Shown here: positions 20,529 to 30,244 of the stretch, piece by piece
Position numbering within the stretch: the first letter of the stretch is position 1
Layout: each line of letters opens with the position of its first letter
IMG/VR virus record: IMGVR_UViG_3300042884_000193
Coordinates: 32,001 to 96,000 of that record
Strand: one strand, 5' to 3'
Source of the DNA: a virus
Length of the DNA: 64,000 nt
Program-made: the position numbers and the translations under genes
Notes under the pieces: generated by a model
What the model saw: only the letters and a program-made list of their open reading frames with translations
Told to the model about the DNA's origin: nothing
The model's database searches: none

Positions 20529-23500
20529 TATCTAGGTGAGTAAAGAAGTTTATTGTTTGTAATTTTAAGAGTCATCAACATTTCCCTTGGTGCCTGCTTA
20601 ATCAACAATACGTGATTAGAGTAGTGACGGAATTTCTTCCTCTGTAAAGGAGGCTTTTGATAATTCATATTATTAGCATTCAAGGTTCTAATGTAGCCAT
20701 TTTCTTGAGTATCCCAAATAGGTTGTTGTACAAGTACTCCACCCACTTGATACTCACCACGATCATTAGTAATATCCCAGAATTGGTTGAATCTATATTT
20801 GTTCTCCTCTTTAGAGAATATGATATCTATACTATTAAAGTTAATAATAGGATAGCTAATCATTGCAAATGGATTATTCTTAGGCTTAATAAATAGGTTT
20901 AATAATCCAGATACCTGCTCCGTATTAAATACAACAGCCTGATCAAAGTTTCCATCTAGTATATGAAATTGGTCAATACCATTAGCTGCTACTTTATAAC
21001 ACTCTAGCATATATTCAAGGCTTCTTGTGGTATTTACTATCTGTCCTGTTTGAGCTATATACTCTACTTCAAATGAGTAGTCTAGACCATAGAAGTTACA
21101 ATATAAATCCCAGCGATAGTTATGTCTCCAAATATCTTTACCTTTAGTACTATAAAAGTCAATAGGTGCTGACATAGTTAAATCAGGATGCCAGTCGTGG
21201 AATGATACCCAATACTTTTGTTTAGGGTCATAGCTTACAGTCCAAGAGGCATCTTCAAAATACAAAGGATCACCTAGATAGATATTAGTACGTACAGGTT
21301 TTCCATTTATAATGGGGTAGAATATATTGTCACTTATATAGGTTATAGGATTAGGTGCATCTTCACGTAACTTATAATCCTTCTTACAGAAATATACAAC
21401 TTGGTCTTGGTTATCAAATATTGTTTGACAGCCGATACCTATTACTGGATTATCTGTTAAAGCAAATGTAGGGAAGTCTTGTAATAGACGGTAAGGTAAG
21501 TAATAAGCAAACCACCATTTCAGTCCAGCATTTGATATTTCCTCTAAGCCCTCACCGTATGCAAAGACTTTTCCTTGGCTCTGACTCATCCAATATAATC
21601 CAAATGGTGTTGTAGTTACTGACCATTTATTTTGACAAGCTCCATATTGGAATGCATTCTCTGTATTAGATATACTTTGAGGATCTGTAGAGAACAGACC
21701 TCCATCACCTAATATAATTTTAGTATTAAGCTCTGTTTGAAGAACATCCTGACCAGCATAAAGCAATGGACTAGCATCTTTAAATAACACAGCAAATCCT
21801 GTTTTGTTAACAGGCTTAATCATCAAAGGTCTGTTAGCGTAATCTACATAGTTCATTGCTAAGAAAATATTCCAAGTATCTTTTGGAGCATCATTTTTAA
21901 ATGGCAATGAGTATATAATCCTATTAGGCATATATGTAAAACATGATGCTGATACTGCTGGATTATAATACGGAAATTGCATTTGACCCCATGAGTTGAA
22001 ATTAGACATTAGATAACTTACTCCTAATGAATAATCATACTTATAGTAATTACCAAACTTGATAATCTGTGTATCAAACATTTGAGCTAAGTCTGTATAT
22101 GTATACTCATCGTAATGTCTGCGGGCTGGTTCATTATCCCAGTCGCGGCATGCTAGATTAATCTCAGACTCAACATAGAAATCTCTAACACTTGAATTAA
22201 ACAAATACATATATGCATCTTTTAATCCAAATACAAAGTTTGCAGCATTGAAACCAGAGCCAAATCCTCCCATATTTTCGGGATCAGCAGCATCATCAAT
22301 TGCAGCCTGATCTACTGTAATACTAGTAGTTGTTGTTGTTTGTGTAATGTACGGGGGACAACCATCGCAACCAGGTTGAAATCCTCCGGCTGTGTAAACA
22401 CCATTGTCCCAATAAGCAGGATTGGGAACTGTCTCAGTTGTTGTCGTTGATGATGTATTAGCAAGATCTGGTGATTCTATACCATTACCACCTTGAATTT
22501 CAGTAATTCCAGCAAATGGATTTCCTCCAACTCCCCTATCTAAGTGGTGTAAGTTACTAGGTATCTCCCATGCGTCAGGATGTATAAGATTTTGGAACAC
22601 AGATGATATAAAGCCAGAAACCTCAAACTCAGTAAAGTCAGCCCAATATCTAGGGAAACCTAACATATAATAATTAGCATAGTTAAACTCAGTGCCATCA
22701 GGTACATTATACAACCAGTCCCTAAAATAAAAGAAAGTATTCTTTTCGGTATAGCGTCCTACATAAGTATCGCCACCAAATAATACAGGACTTGTAAATC
22801 TAGTATTAGTATTTGTAAGGGGAATATTATTATTAACTATTATCTTACAAGGTATAGGTATTTGTCTAACTCCATTTAATTGCCCATATTGATTTACGAG
22901 TCTTACTTTAAGACCGGCATAAAAACATGATGCTGATGTCCCAAACTCTGGAAGAGGGCTATTATCATGATCCCAATCAGATGAAGAAACAGCAGAACCA
23001 AAATGACTACCAATAGTTTGTGCAGTATTGTCTAGTATATTAGGGTTATTTACTGCTGCTGTAACATGTAGAGCTACTGTCCTATGTCTGTTTAGATTAT
23101 TTATTTTATAGTAAGTTCCGTTATCTGTAAAGAAGTTTTGTACACTGGGATCTAAATACATAGACTTATCAATGTATCTTCTTGTATTGCCATAAATAGC
23201 GTTACCTGTCCAATGATGATGTAGGTTACCATGACTTAAATATCTCCAAGCATATTGACGATATTTAACTAAAGCTTTAATAAGATCTATAGCCACATTC
23301 ATACCTTGGCTAAAGTATTGAGCTGTTAATACAAGCCCTGTTGCAATACGTAAAAATTTAGGTAATGATTGCAGATCTGTATTTTCATTTTCTTTCTTAT
23401 ACCTATTTCCCTGATAACCAGCCACCTGTGCAACTTCGGAAGCCAAATAGGCAACTGCCATATTCATCGGGCTATCTAACTGAGGACCTCCTACTGATGC

Positions 23501-25855
23501 AGATGCTAAGTTTAAAAAAGAGCTACCTGCGATATTTAAAGGTATAACTGTACCACTTTGTAATGCTGCAATTAGTCCACTATTATAAGCATTTAAAGAA
23601 GCAGTGCCTTCTACAGATTCTTTTTTCTTACCTGCTATATGAACAACAATTGCTTCAGCGATACCCGTTAAACATGCTACAATAAATGCTAAGTCAGTAA
23701 GTAACTTATGTCTAGGATGTCCAGGAACAGGTCTAAACTTACCCCTTACATTATAACCAAACTCATCAGAATTTTGAGATATCTCTGTATAGATTTTAAG
23801 TTCTGTTGGGGATAAGTAAGGATTTCTAAAGTTAGTTTCTGGTGAGTGAAATGTAAAAAGATTTTGGCTATAAAATTTTATATCAGATGCTGATGTAGTT
23901 ACACCAGGCCCATAAAAATAAATTTCATTAGTATCATTAACACCCCCATTAGTTTCGTCATTAACAATAGCAGGATCTACATATAATGGATTAAAAGGAT
24001 AGTTTTGAAATAAACCAATTGTAGTAGGCTCACTTGAGCCATCTACATCACTAACATTTTGTAACTTATAAGTACGCATGTTATTAATGATACCTTTTGC
24101 AAGTACTGTTTTATTACCTACACGAGTACCTCTTAATATTTCATAGCCTACAATACTAGGTATTATGTTACCATAATTATCTACAGGTGGTTTTATATTA
24201 TCAAAAGTAACACCTAGCAATCTTATATATTGAGCTTTACCTAATGAGTCAGTTCTAACATGTGTGTAGCTATCATTTATCACACCGTTAGCTGGTCCGT
24301 TAAATGTGTTAAGTAAATCGGCTGGCATCTTATGGTGTCGTATCGGCTTACCACAAAGATCATAATCAAAACTATTAGTAGTTCCACCAATGTTTACTCC
24401 TGTATCAGGATCTGTATATGTAGCATTCCAGATATTGGGTTTATTATCTGGATAAATCTCAGATGATTCCCAGTAACCCATATCACCTTGAGCAATTACT
24501 ACACCTCCATCAGGTAGTGTATAGTTAGTTGGTGTAAAGGTTGCTGTATTATATACCTCCCATCTTTTAGGTATATAGGGCTCCATAGGATCCCCAGCTT
24601 CAATAGCATCAATATTATTTACAACAAAGTCTTGTCCTGTTGCAATATTATATTCTATAAAAGGCTTACGCGCGCGACCCGGTATATGATAAGATGAACT
24701 TGTCTCGCCCGTATCATACACCCACCTAATCCAAAAAGCATATTGCTCATCACGCATATATCCAACATTGGTTCCTGCTTTTTCATAGTAGGTATGTGGG
24801 TACTCGGTCATTACCCACTGTGTTGAAATCTGATTTGCTAAAGGTTGATAGTTGAAATCAAATCTTCCTGTAGGTGCAATTCTAAATAAATACTCAGAGC
24901 TTGCTGCCATTGTATCTGATTTCTCATAAGGAAAGTTTCTATATGGTATTAGGGCCAATGGTATAGAGGGTAAAGACTCCTCTAAATTATCTATTGACAC
25001 ATATTTTGTACGAGTACTATAAGTACCAAATCTTTTAGCTGAACTATTAGCAGCCACCATCCTAACTACAACAAGTTCAAACTCATCATAGTTATCTTGA
25101 TCTAAGTTACTAAAGGTAATATCTAAAGATCCTTGTAAGTTATCGTGATTAAATACAGCAACAACATTACTTGGAGAAAAATAATCAGTAGCCTTTACTC
25201 CATTTATAGTATATGCGATTACAACAAAGTAAGATCCATTAAGTAATGTCCCTCCAGTTGTTCCAATATCCATTGACATACAAGGTGAATGCGCATGTGA
25301 TATAAGTCTTATTGCATCACAGTCTAATTGATTTGTAGGTGTGCATATAATACAACTATCAATAGTAGTACAGTTTTGGATATACGGAACATTATCTACA
25401 TTTAAAGATCTATCAGGATTTAATCCGTCTGCCCAGTATAATTGCCAGCTGCAATCAAAATTAAGTTTAGCAGCTCCAGTAATAAGATTACTTTGACTAA
25501 AACTTAAGCAATCATCATTAACAACTTTTATATAAGCATCAGTATCTCCACATTTTGCAGTATCAAAAAGACCAACCTCAGAATGAATATTATCTGTAGA
25601 GAAAATACCCCAAGTGGTATCGTGCATATATACAGCACCAATAACAGTATAAGGAGCAGAAGCACATAACAAGGTAGCCTGCTCAGTACTCAAGGTACCT
25701 AACTGTCCCTCATTTGTATTGTTTACAGCATTACGCGCATGTGACCACGCCCCTTCGGGAAAGAACACTTCATCATAGTCTTTAGTAAGACCTTTATTAA
25801 ATGTACTTGTATTAACTTCTGATCCTGCATTTGAAGGGCCTTCTTTCTTTGCCAT
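20528..25855 (-). CDS. Tail stabilisation / muzzle protein (P22 gp10-like position in crAss-like phages), 1775 aa
   Basis: Starts FNKGLTKD...WSHARNAVN; contains GYMRDEQYAF, FGGDTYVGRY and WTVSYDPKQKYWVSFHDW motifs; follows two ring-protein genes. Confidence 0.7.
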   Translation of the reverse strand: MAKKEGPSNAGSEVNTSTFNKGLTKDYDEVFFPEGAWSHARNAVNNTNEGQLGTLSTEQATLLCASAPYTVIGAVYMHDTTWGIFSTDNIHSEVGLFDTAKCGDTDAYIKVVNDDCLSFSQSNLITGAAKLNFDCSWQLYWADGLNPDRSLNVDNVPYIQNCTTIDSCIICTPTNQLDCDAIRLISHAHSPCMSMDIGTTGGTLLNGSYFVVIAYTINGVKATDYFSPSNVVAVFNHDNLQGSLDITFSNLDQDNYDEFELVVVRMVAANSSAKRFGTYSTRTKYVSIDNLEESLPSIPLALIPYRNFPYEKSDTMAASSEYLFRIAPTGRFDFNYQPLANQISTQWVMTEYPHTYYEKAGTNVGYMRDEQYAFWIRWVYDTGETSSSYHIPGRARKPFIEYNIATGQDFVVNNIDAIEAGDPMEPYIPKRWEVYNTATFTPTNYTLPDGGVVIAQGDMGYWESSEIYPDNKPNIWNATYTDPDTGVNIGGTTNSFDYDLCGKPIRHHKMPADLLNTFNGPANGVINDSYTHVRTDSLGKAQYIRLLGVTFDNIKPPVDNYGNIIPSIVGYEILRGTRVGNKTVLAKGIINNMRTYKLQNVSDVDGSSEPTTIGLFQNYPFNPLYVDPAIVNDETNGGVNDTNEIYFYGPGVTTSASDIKFYSQNLFTFHSPETNFRNPYLSPTELKIYTEISQNSDEFGYNVRGKFRPVPGHPRHKLLTDLAFIVACLTGIAEAIVVHIAGKKKESVEGTASLNAYNSGLIAALQSGTVIPLNIAGSSFLNLASASVGGPQLDSPMNMAVAYLASEVAQVAGYQGNRYKKENENTDLQSLPKFLRIATGLVLTAQYFSQGMNVAIDLIKALVKYRQYAWRYLSHGNLHHHWTGNAIYGNTRRYIDKSMYLDPSVQNFFTDNGTYYKINNLNRHRTVALHVTAAVNNPNILDNTAQTIGSHFGSAVSSSDWDHDNSPLPEFGTSASCFYAGLKVRLVNQYGQLNGVRQIPIPCKIIVNNNIPLTNTNTRFTSPVLFGGDTYVGRYTEKNTFFYFRDWLYNVPDGTEFNYANYYMLGFPRYWADFTEFEVSGFISSVFQNLIHPDAWEIPSNLHHLDRGVGGNPFAGITEIQGGNGIESPDLANTSSTTTTETVPNPAYWDNGVYTAGGFQPGCDGCPPYITQTTTTTSITVDQAAIDDAADPENMGGFGSGFNAANFVFGLKDAYMYLFNSSVRDFYVESEINLACRDWDNEPARRHYDEYTYTDLAQMFDTQIIKFGNYYKYDYSLGVSYLMSNFNSWGQMQFPYYNPAVSASCFTYMPNRIIYSLPFKNDAPKDTWNIFLAMNYVDYANRPLMIKPVNKTGFAVLFKDASPLLYAGQDVLQTELNTKIILGDGGLFSTDPQSISNTENAFQYGACQNKWSVTTTPFGLYWMSQSQGKVFAYGEGLEEISNAGLKWWFAYYLPYRLLQDFPTFALTDNPVIGIGCQTIFDNQDQVVYFCKKDYKLREDAPNPITYISDNIFYPIINGKPVRTNIYLGDPLYFEDASWTVSYDPKQKYWVSFHDWHPDLTMSAPIDFYSTKGKDIWRHNYRWDLYCNFYGLDYSFEVEYIAQTGQIVNTTRSLEYMLECYKVAANGIDQFHILDGNFDQAVVFNTEQVSGLLNLFIKPKNNPFAMISYPIINFNSIDIIFSKEENKYRFNQFWDITNDRGEYQVGGVLVQQPIWDTQENGYIRTLNANNMNYQKPPLQRKKFRHYSNHVLLIKQAPREMLMTLKITNNKLLYSPR

Positions 25856-25857
25856 AC

Positions 25858-26760
25858 TTAAACTGCATTATTAATATTATAGTCAATCGGATAAAAATAT
25901 GACTTGAACATGTCATAGTATTTACCATACATAGCCTTACGATTCATAGCCCAAACTTTCTGCATCTCAGAGAAGTTAGGAGTATTAACTACCGATAGTG
26001 CATTATTACGCGCAGCTCTAAATTCAGTAGCAATTAGTTGATACTGAACTGTCACATTTTCTCCCATAAGAAGTAATGTCTCATAGATTTTCTTTTTAAG
26101 GGCATACTCGTAGTACTCATTTAAAAAAGGGTGATCTGGTACCATTAACTCTCCATCCTCATTCTCCATATTTCCTTGATAGTTGATATAGATGTTACCC
26201 TCTTGGAAGCTTGTCCAAATAAAATTATCTTTTATGTAGGCGTCATCAGAAGAGTACATCTGGAGATTAGGGCAATCACAGTCAATAAACTGAGAATTTT
26301 TAAACCTAATAGGAAACATAGATTTGTAATGACGTGTAGTTGTATTGACAACTTGAATAAGCTGGTAATCATTTCCACATTTTGTTAGGCATACTGGTGT
26401 ATTTGTAGTGTTTACTTGAGAACACAAGTTACCTTCAACCCAATCTCTATATTCAGGAACTACTTGTTGAATCTGAGTACCTTGAGGATTTACAATAGTA
26501 CTCGTATACTCACCACAAATAAGAGCAAAGTTCATTACAAAGAAGTCATCAGGAAGTCTAACCTTTCCTTTAACAACTTCTAAAACTTTTTCTTTAGTGT
26601 GATATATACGTAGACCTAAATCATAGTTAGCTTTAATTGCAATTTTGACAAGCGTAGCAGGCTCAATTTTGTTCTCCAATGACGCAGTTGGAAGATCCAC
26701 TCGGACATCTTCCAAAAGTTGCTCAAAAGTCCTATATTTAAGAGTGTAGTTATAGTTCAT
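25858..26760 (-). CDS. Tail ring / tubular protein (300 aa)
   Basis: KVRLPDDF and FQEGNIYINY...DGELMVPD...YYEYAL motifs; immediately upstream of the stabilisation protein. Confidence 0.6.
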   Translation of the reverse strand: MNYNYTLKYRTFEQLLEDVRVDLPTASLENKIEPATLVKIAIKANYDLGLRIYHTKEKVLEVVKGKVRLPDDFFVMNFALICGEYTSTIVNPQGTQIQQVVPEYRDWVEGNLCSQVNTTNTPVCLTKCGNDYQLIQVVNTTTRHYKSMFPIRFKNSQFIDCDCPNLQMYSSDDAYIKDNFIWTSFQEGNIYINYQGNMENEDGELMVPDHPFLNEYYEYALKKKIYETLLLMGENVTVQYQLIATEFRAARNNALSVVNTPNFSEMQKVWAMNRKAMYGKYYDMFKSYFYPIDYNINNAV

Positions 26761-27431
26761 GTTCTGATAATGTTTTGTTTGTCATCTTGAGCACTGTCCG
26801 CTGGCATTTGAGCTGTTGTAAAGAATCCTGATACAACCTGCTGCTCAATCTCCATAAATAGATATTCAGGTAATGCTAGTTGTTGATCTTGTCTTATAGA
26901 ACATTCTGAATTTGCATCACAAGTAAATAAAGTAACATCATCTTCAAATATACCTTCAACCTTTGCAGCATCCCAATCTACATTAGGAAAATACAAATAA
27001 CCATTGAGGTACCAAAAATACTTAGTCTTATTGTATCTAAATTTGGTAGTCTTAGTCATTGCTGTATATTGAGCAGGGTCTGTTTTATATACAAAGAATG
27101 ACCCGTCAACAGAAGTCACACTCCTAAGCAATGGGCCATAGGTACCTTCCATAAGGTTAGGTAACTTTTCTCTAGTGCGTTTTATTATTACTCCGGACTG
27201 AACATCGCAGCATGCCTCAACCTTGTCTATCTCAATAAGCTCGACGCAAGGCAAAGTTTTAAATATACTGTTATACTTAAGCAGTTGATTCAGTGAATCT
27301 TGTCGCTTAAGATAAAATTTTGCAGCCTTTGTTATAAGACTGAATAAGAGTCTATCAGTAATAAAAGCATCTTGAGTAAGACCTTTTATTAATGAGCGGA
27401 CCCTTGATATGCTTTCTCCTACTGTAGTCAT
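26757..27431 (-). CDS. Head-tail ring/adaptor protein (224 aa)
   Basis: LPCVELIEID and YFWYLNGYLYFPN...VEGIFED motifs; ATGA overlap with the next gene. Confidence 0.55.
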   Translation of the reverse strand: MTTVGESISRVRSLIKGLTQDAFITDRLLFSLITKAAKFYLKRQDSLNQLLKYNSIFKTLPCVELIEIDKVEACCDVQSGVIIKRTREKLPNLMEGTYGPLLRSVTSVDGSFFVYKTDPAQYTAMTKTTKFRYNKTKYFWYLNGYLYFPNVDWDAAKVEGIFEDDVTLFTCDANSECSIRQDQQLALPEYLFMEIEQQVVSGFFTTAQMPADSAQDDKQNIIRT

Positions 27432-27433
27432 AG

Positions 27434-28015
27434 TTAAAATTCAAATTCATTATATGTTGAAATATCTTGTTCTTTAAGCTCAGAGAAAACAAAAGGCTTT
27501 GTTCTATTTGATATTAAAGCTGATACATTATCGCGTCTGCCTATGGTTACATAGGTCTTCCAGTTATTCTTAAACTCAGCAGAAAAGGTTCTCTTAAACT
27601 GTCTAATTGGAGTAAACCCCCACATAGAATAGTCTTTCATTGTACCCTTCTGCGTATAGTTGGTATAAAATATTTTAGCCAATGCCCCATCTGACTCCCA
27701 ATTCTTTCTTGCTACAGCTCCATCATCATTATGATAACTATAATAAGTCTTATAGTTATTACCATCATTGATGCAAGTAGCGCCAAATAACATTCCCAAA
27801 TGCTCCGGAAGCTTAATACCATCTCGGGTAGTAATAACAGTTTTCCAGATCTCTTCAGAATGATGCATTATAATTTCTTTAAACTCCTTGTACTCAAGGT
27901 CTTTGTATTTAGGGAACTTGTTAATGAATTCTTTAAACATGTCTATGTTCAAAGTAGTTATAACATTCTTCCTAAATCTAGGTCCTTTTATATCAGGTCT
28001 TTGGTTATTACTCAT
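27434..28015 (-). CDS. HU/IHF-like DNA-binding protein (193 aa)
   Basis: GIKLPEHLGML resembles the HU/IHF beta-hairpin motif; position matches the IHF-like gene of crAss-like tail modules. Confidence 0.5.
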   Translation of the reverse strand: MSNNQRPDIKGPRFRKNVITTLNIDMFKEFINKFPKYKDLEYKEFKEIIMHHSEEIWKTVITTRDGIKLPEHLGMLFGATCINDGNNYKTYYSYHNDDGAVARKNWESDGALAKIFYTNYTQKGTMKDYSMWGFTPIRQFKRTFSAEFKNNWKTYVTIGRRDNVSALISNRTKPFVFSELKEQDISTYNEFEF

Positions 28016-28090
28016 AACGTATACTACAATTTACAAAATTTCTTTCAGGTTTGAAAGATAATACATAATTGATTACTAGACAAGTAGTAG

Positions 28091-28117
28091 AAAGCCCCCA
28101 AGTTGTACTTGAGGGCC
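28091..28117 (-). terminator. Probable intrinsic terminator
   Basis: Minus strand GCCCTCAAGT-ACA-ACTTGGGGGC followed by a short TTTCTAC tail. Confidence 0.55.
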
Positions 28118-28120
28118 CCC

Positions 28121-28156
28121 TGGTTTAGTCACGAATAAACCAACAAACGTAGACTA
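28121..28156 (-). promoter_or_regulatory. Hairpin with loop antisense to the phage leader motif
   Basis: Minus strand TAGTC-T-ACG[TTTGTTGGTTTATT]CGT-GACTA, then AACCA; see findings. Confidence 0.5.
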
Positions 28157-28699
28157 TAATACAGGTAATGTCTTTATCATAATAAGCGCACTAATAGAAG
28201 TATCGCCATCACAATCTGTTCTCACTCTAAAATAATAGTTAGTATTAGAGTTTAAAAGAGTAAGTGTAAAAGTAGGAGTTGTTAAAGTAGGTGAGGTTGT
28301 ATATACCCCTTCTACAGTTCCATAATCTACAGTATAACTTTCTGCTCCTGTATCTTCCCAATTAAGTATGATAGCTGTTGTACCTACATAACTAGGATGT
28401 ATATTGATTGGAGGAAGACAGTTAGGATCAACACTTTGTGCTGACATTGCTTGGTAAGCATTTTCTAGTGAAGCTCCTGCAGGTAATGCTGGGTAAGAGT
28501 CACCACCTGCTAATAATTCTCCAAAGTTAATGATGCTATAGTTACCATGTTTTACACAAGTGTCTTGGATAGTCTCATAGCACGGAGTTGGATCCGGGCA
28601 TTTAATATCAGGAGGACATGTATATACAGGTGCAGTTGTAAGGGGGAGATCCTTACAACCGCATGATGTATTTGTAGATTGACAAGTTGAACAAGCCAT
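28154..28699 (-). CDS. Cys-rich structural protein with C-terminal fibronectin type III domain (181 aa)
   Basis: PPINI...IILNW...YTVDY...LNSNTNYYFRVRTDC FN3 pattern; CxxC/CxC N-terminus. Confidence 0.7.
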   Translation of the reverse strand: MACSTCQSTNTSCGCKDLPLTTAPVYTCPPDIKCPDPTPCYETIQDTCVKHGNYSIINFGELLAGGDSYPALPAGASLENAYQAMSAQSVDPNCLPPINIHPSYVGTTAIILNWEDTGAESYTVDYGTVEGVYTTSPTLTTPTFTLTLLNSNTNYYFRVRTDCDGDTSISALIMIKTLPVL

Positions 28700-28704
28700 T
28701 TTAG

Positions 28705-30207
28705 TTAGGGTTTAGTAGTTACTGAGGTAAATGGACAATCTGTAATTGTTGATCCAATAATTACTCTCATGCGAATTTGATAATTAGTAGCTGCTACAAG
28801 ACCTGTTATTTGTCCAAGTACAGGACCTACTGCAGGATTTATAGAAGATACTGTGGTTACAATTGCAGTTTGAGCTGAATTCCAACACTCAAGCATGTAC
28901 GTAACAGGACTTGATAATGGATTAGCAAACACATAATCAATATAAGTAACGTCTGCAGAGTAAGTTACAGATGGACAAAGTGCACTATTCACAATTGAAT
29001 AATTTAAAGATTGGCTACACTTTAAACCAGCTATTGTATCATCCATACATAAGTTAAGACTTACGGTATAGTCAGTATAAGCATTTAAAGATGTTGCGGT
29101 TATATTAATTGGAACAGGTGCTCCATTAATATTAGATGCAACATTAATTTGTGTAGTATAGGCATTACCATATGCATCGGTTATTGTTATGTAACAACCT
29201 GCTGCATAGCAATCTGTAAATGATCCAATAGAACCAGTTAGATCAACAAGGATACTTGGTGATGTGTAAGATGCTGTCATAGTTACATCAACATCATCGC
29301 AGCTTGGTGTGCAGCATGTAGTAACTACATTGTATACTGCATTACGCATATCACAAATAGTAATCCACATATTGTTGATTGCATCTGCCATAGTGTTATA
29401 ACTACCTGCCAATACCCATCCTGGCAAACTACCCATGTTAACGGATGTGTTAGTTAGGGAAGGTGATGTATCTAAGTTTATACACTCTTGTGAAATGGCT
29501 GAATAAATCTGAGAAGGTGTACCTGTAGAGTTTTGAAGAGCACAGAATGTAGTCTCAAGGTTCTCTACAAAATCACTAATATCAATATTAGTTCCAGCAG
29601 TTAAACAACTAGTAGGAATTGTAATAGGGGGGTATACGGGATTACAAGGATCACAAGCTTCAATTATTATCAATCTATCATTGATATCTGTTACTGTATT
29701 TGTTAGGGCCGTTAAGCTGCTTGCAATAGAGCAAACTCTTGATCCAATTGCTGCAGCATAATCTGCAATAGACATTTCTACAACAAGATTACCAAATCCA
29801 TCAGTATATTGAAAACAAGAAGCAATTGGAACTAAACAGCTCATTGATTCTTGACAATTGGTTACAGGAACTTCTCCAGGAACTAAAGATTTACTTGTAC
29901 CTGTAGTAGTGGATGTTCCTGTTGTAAGTGCACAAAGTTGATCTAAGATAAACTGAATAAGATCATGAATATTCTCAGGCTTTGGACAAATAGGTGAGAA
30001 ACACGTTAAGTCAAAACCAGGATTGGTAAGACTTAGTTGCTCAGCTAATGTGCATATCTCTATTGCTACCTTATAAGTAACATCAGAAATACTATCTCCT
30101 CTGCATAATGTAATGCATGGAATATCCGGTCCCTGCCAGATTACGCAGTTACTTGAAACAGGATTACATCCTGCTTGAGTATTAGTTGGTTGAATAGGAA
30201 GTGCCAT
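28705..30207 (-). CDS. Cys-rich fibre-like protein with C-terminal FN3 domain (500 aa)
   Basis: Many cysteines, short coiled-coil segments, C-terminal ITGLVAATNYQIRMRV. Confidence 0.65.
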   Translation of the reverse strand: MALPIQPTNTQAGCNPVSSNCVIWQGPDIPCITLCRGDSISDVTYKVAIEICTLAEQLSLTNPGFDLTCFSPICPKPENIHDLIQFILDQLCALTTGTSTTTGTSKSLVPGEVPVTNCQESMSCLVPIASCFQYTDGFGNLVVEMSIADYAAAIGSRVCSIASSLTALTNTVTDINDRLIIIEACDPCNPVYPPITIPTSCLTAGTNIDISDFVENLETTFCALQNSTGTPSQIYSAISQECINLDTSPSLTNTSVNMGSLPGWVLAGSYNTMADAINNMWITICDMRNAVYNVVTTCCTPSCDDVDVTMTASYTSPSILVDLTGSIGSFTDCYAAGCYITITDAYGNAYTTQINVASNINGAPVPINITATSLNAYTDYTVSLNLCMDDTIAGLKCSQSLNYSIVNSALCPSVTYSADVTYIDYVFANPLSSPVTYMLECWNSAQTAIVTTVSSINPAVGPVLGQITGLVAATNYQIRMRVIIGSTITDCPFTSVTTKP

Positions 30208-30244
30208 ATATATAATTTACTGTTTTTTTATCTATTATCAAAAT

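Noticed and set aside
28076-28156. Pseudoknot-stimulated readthrough of the TAG at 28154
   Set aside because: The stop lies inside the stem and readthrough would add only about 26 residues before another TAG.
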